Source of the DNA: Candidatus Acidiferrales bacterium
GTDB taxonomy: Bacteria > Acidobacteriota > Terriglobia > Acidiferrales > UBA7541
NCBI GenBank assembly: GCA_038238965.1
Contig: JBBSFG010000001.1
Location: 7,554-71,553 of the forward strand
Length of the DNA: 64,000 bases
Direction of reading: 5' to 3'
Shown: positions 62,373 to 64,000 of the stretch, in pieces
Layout: every line of letters starts with the position of its first letter
Position numbering within the stretch: the first letter of the stretch is position 1
Program-made: the position numbers and the translations under genes
Notes under the pieces: generated by a model
The model's input: the letters and a program-made list of their open reading frames with translations, nothing else
Database searches by the model: none
What the model was told of the DNA's origin: nothing

Positions 62373-63998
62373 GTGGCAGCGAAAAGGATTCAGCGGTTAG
62401 CGAAGCGAATGCGTGAAAAGATCTTATCGAAATTGCGAATGCCAGACGGCTCGATCAACCCATGGGTGATCGCCATTACGGTTACGCTGGCTACGTTCAT
62501 GGAGGTGCTGGATACCTCGATCGCGAACGTGGCGCTACCGCACATCGCGGGCAATTTGTCGGCGGGTTCGGATGAATCCACCTGGGTGCTGACATCGTAC
62601 TTAGTATCGAATGCGATTGTGCTGCCGCTGTCGGGCTGGTTTTCGAGCTTGATAGGGCGCAAACGGTTCTATATGTCGTGCGTAGCGCTGTTTACGGTGA
62701 GTTCGTTCCTGTGTGGGCTGGCGCCAAGCCTGGGCGTACTGGTGTTCTTCCGCATTTTGCAGGGCGCTGGCGGAGGCGGGTTGCAGCCGAGCGAGCAGGC
62801 CATCCTGAACGATACGTTTTCGTACGAAAAACGAGGTATGGCGTTCGCTGTGTATGGGTTGGCGGTCGTGGTGGCGCCGACGATCGGGCCGTGGCTGGGC
62901 GGATGGATCACGGATAGCTTTTCGTGGCGCTGGATTTTCTATATCAACGTGCCGGTGGGGATTATTTCTTTGCTGCTGACGAGTTGGCTGGTGACCGATC
63001 CGCCGCATATGAAGCGCGCGAGCGTGAAGAGCGGATTCCGGATCGACTACATCGGTATCGGTTTGATCAGCCTGGGGTTAGGCAGCATGCAGATCATTCT
63101 GGACAAGGGCCAGCGCGACGATTGGTTCTCGTCGAATTTCATCCGGGTATTTTTCGGGCTGATGCTGGTAGGGATTATCTCCGGGATTATCTGGGAGCTG
63201 CGGCAGAAGGAGCCGGTGGTGGATTTGCGGATGCTAAAAGAGCGGAATTTTGCGATTTCGACGCTGGCGATGTTCTTTCTGGGGTTCGTCTTGTACTCGA
63301 GTACCGTGCTGATTCCGCAACTTTTACAGCAACTGCTGGGCTATTCAGCCGAGATGGCGGGCAAGGCGCTTTCGCCGGGTGGAGCGGTGATCATGTGCAT
63401 GATGCCCATAGTGGGCCTGCTGGTGTCCAGGGTGGATACACGCATCCTTATTACGTTTGGGTGCATCGTATCGGCTTCCGCTCTATTTGTAATGGCTGGC
63501 TGGGACCTGGGCCTGGACTACGGGCATGCGGTACGCGCGCGCATGCTGCAGAGTTTCGGGCTGGCATTCCTGTTTATCCCTATTAACGTGGCGGCGTTTG
63601 CCTACGTGCCGCGAGACAAGACCAACATGGGGACGGGCATCATCAATCTGGCCAGAAACATCGGGGCCAGCGTGGGGATCGCCACGGTAACGACCATGCT
63701 GCAGCGGCGGGCGCAGTTCCACCAGGCGCAACTGATGGACCGGGTGAACGACTACAGCTCGGCGTACCGGAACATGTTAAGCGGTTTGCAGACGAAATTG
63801 GTTGTGGCGGGATCGAGCATGGCGCACGCGACGCAGCAGGCGCAGACGATGATTTACAACACGGTGCAACGGCAAGCGGCGATGATGGCGTTTGTCGACA
63901 ACTTCAAAATGCTGGGCGTGGTGTTCTTCGCGGTGATCCCGGTACTGCTGTTGATGAGAAAACCGCGAGTGCCGGCCGGCGGCGTGCCGGTGCACTAA
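62373..63998 (+). CDS. emrB: DHA2-family MFS drug efflux transporter (EmrB/QacA type, 14 TM)
   Basis: ...NPWVIAITVTLATFMEVLDTSIANVALPHIAG...LSGWFSSLIGRKRFYM...FFRILQGAGGGGLQP... Alternative ATG starts lie at 62409 and 62439. Confidence 0.9.
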   Translation: MAAKRIQRLAKRMREKILSKLRMPDGSINPWVIAITVTLATFMEVLDTSIANVALPHIAGNLSAGSDESTWVLTSYLVSNAIVLPLSGWFSSLIGRKRFYMSCVALFTVSSFLCGLAPSLGVLVFFRILQGAGGGGLQPSEQAILNDTFSYEKRGMAFAVYGLAVVVAPTIGPWLGGWITDSFSWRWIFYINVPVGIISLLLTSWLVTDPPHMKRASVKSGFRIDYIGIGLISLGLGSMQIILDKGQRDDWFSSNFIRVFFGLMLVGIISGIIWELRQKEPVVDLRMLKERNFAISTLAMFFLGFVLYSSTVLIPQLLQQLLGYSAEMAGKALSPGGAVIMCMMPIVGLLVSRVDTRILITFGCIVSASALFVMAGWDLGLDYGHAVRARMLQSFGLAFLFIPINVAAFAYVPRDKTNMGTGIINLARNIGASVGIATVTTMLQRRAQFHQAQLMDRVNDYSSAYRNMLSGLQTKLVVAGSSMAHATQQAQTMIYNTVQRQAAMMAFVDNFKMLGVVFFAVIPVLLLMRKPRVPAGGVPVH

Positions 63999-64000
63999 GC

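Noticed and set aside
1-64000. tRNA, rRNA, tmRNA, SRP RNA or RNase P RNA genes, and transposase, integrase or phage genes.
   Set aside because: I inspected every intergenic region longer than about 120 nt. I saw no cloverleaf-like or otherwise recognisable conserved RNA sequences and no mobile-element enzymes. Small ncRNAs cannot be excluded without covariance-model scans.

Overview
High-GC bacterial chromosomal segment (about 58-60% by eye). The gene content looks Acidobacteriota-like: a GWxTD protein, CarboxypepD_reg-type outer-membrane receptors and a Ser/Thr kinase with TPR repeats. All family calls come from motif recognition by eye and from synteny. No database search was run.

Layout:
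(1) 0-4.3 kb: a truncated SpoIIE/PP2C phosphatase and the conserved minus-strand block rpmH-rnpA-yidD-yidC-jag.
(2) 4.5-13 kb: an S9 peptidase, a TonB-dependent-receptor-like protein followed by a remnant of a second one, and an STK-TPR kinase with a coupled 76-aa ORF.
(3) 13.3-22 kb: ffh and rpsP-khpA-rimM-trmD-rplS. This set is interrupted by a low-GC signal-peptidase-like gene, a beta-lactamase-fold hydrolase, sthA and a 114-aa ORF between trmD and rplS.
(4) 22-27.6 kb: a PIG-L deacetylase, an SDR, an M13 peptidase and a Cys-rich protein.
(5) 18.7-27.8 kb: six same-orientation intergenic copies of a hairpin repeat family.
(6) 27.9-32 kb: a small ORF, a GWxTD protein and a CarboxypepD_reg outer-membrane protein.
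(7) 32.2-56.6 kb: a PDZ-containing histidine kinase, a sigma54 activator and a roughly 20-kb glycan locus. The locus carries TPR/CBM, an O-antigen-ligase-like protein, Wza, Wzc, an epimerase, a GT2-methyltransferase fusion, a GT-C-like protein, Wzm, an antisense arylsulfotransferase-like lipoprotein, Wzt, four methyltransferases and two GT4 enzymes.
(8) 56.7-64 kb: TlpA-like, YeiH, RidA and a TolC-EmrA-EmrB efflux operon whose TolC ORF carries an in-frame STAS-like extension.

I recognised no rRNA, tRNA, CRISPR array, transposase or integrase. I see no clear defence system. The most unusual material is the envelope/glycan super-locus at 28-56.6 kb.
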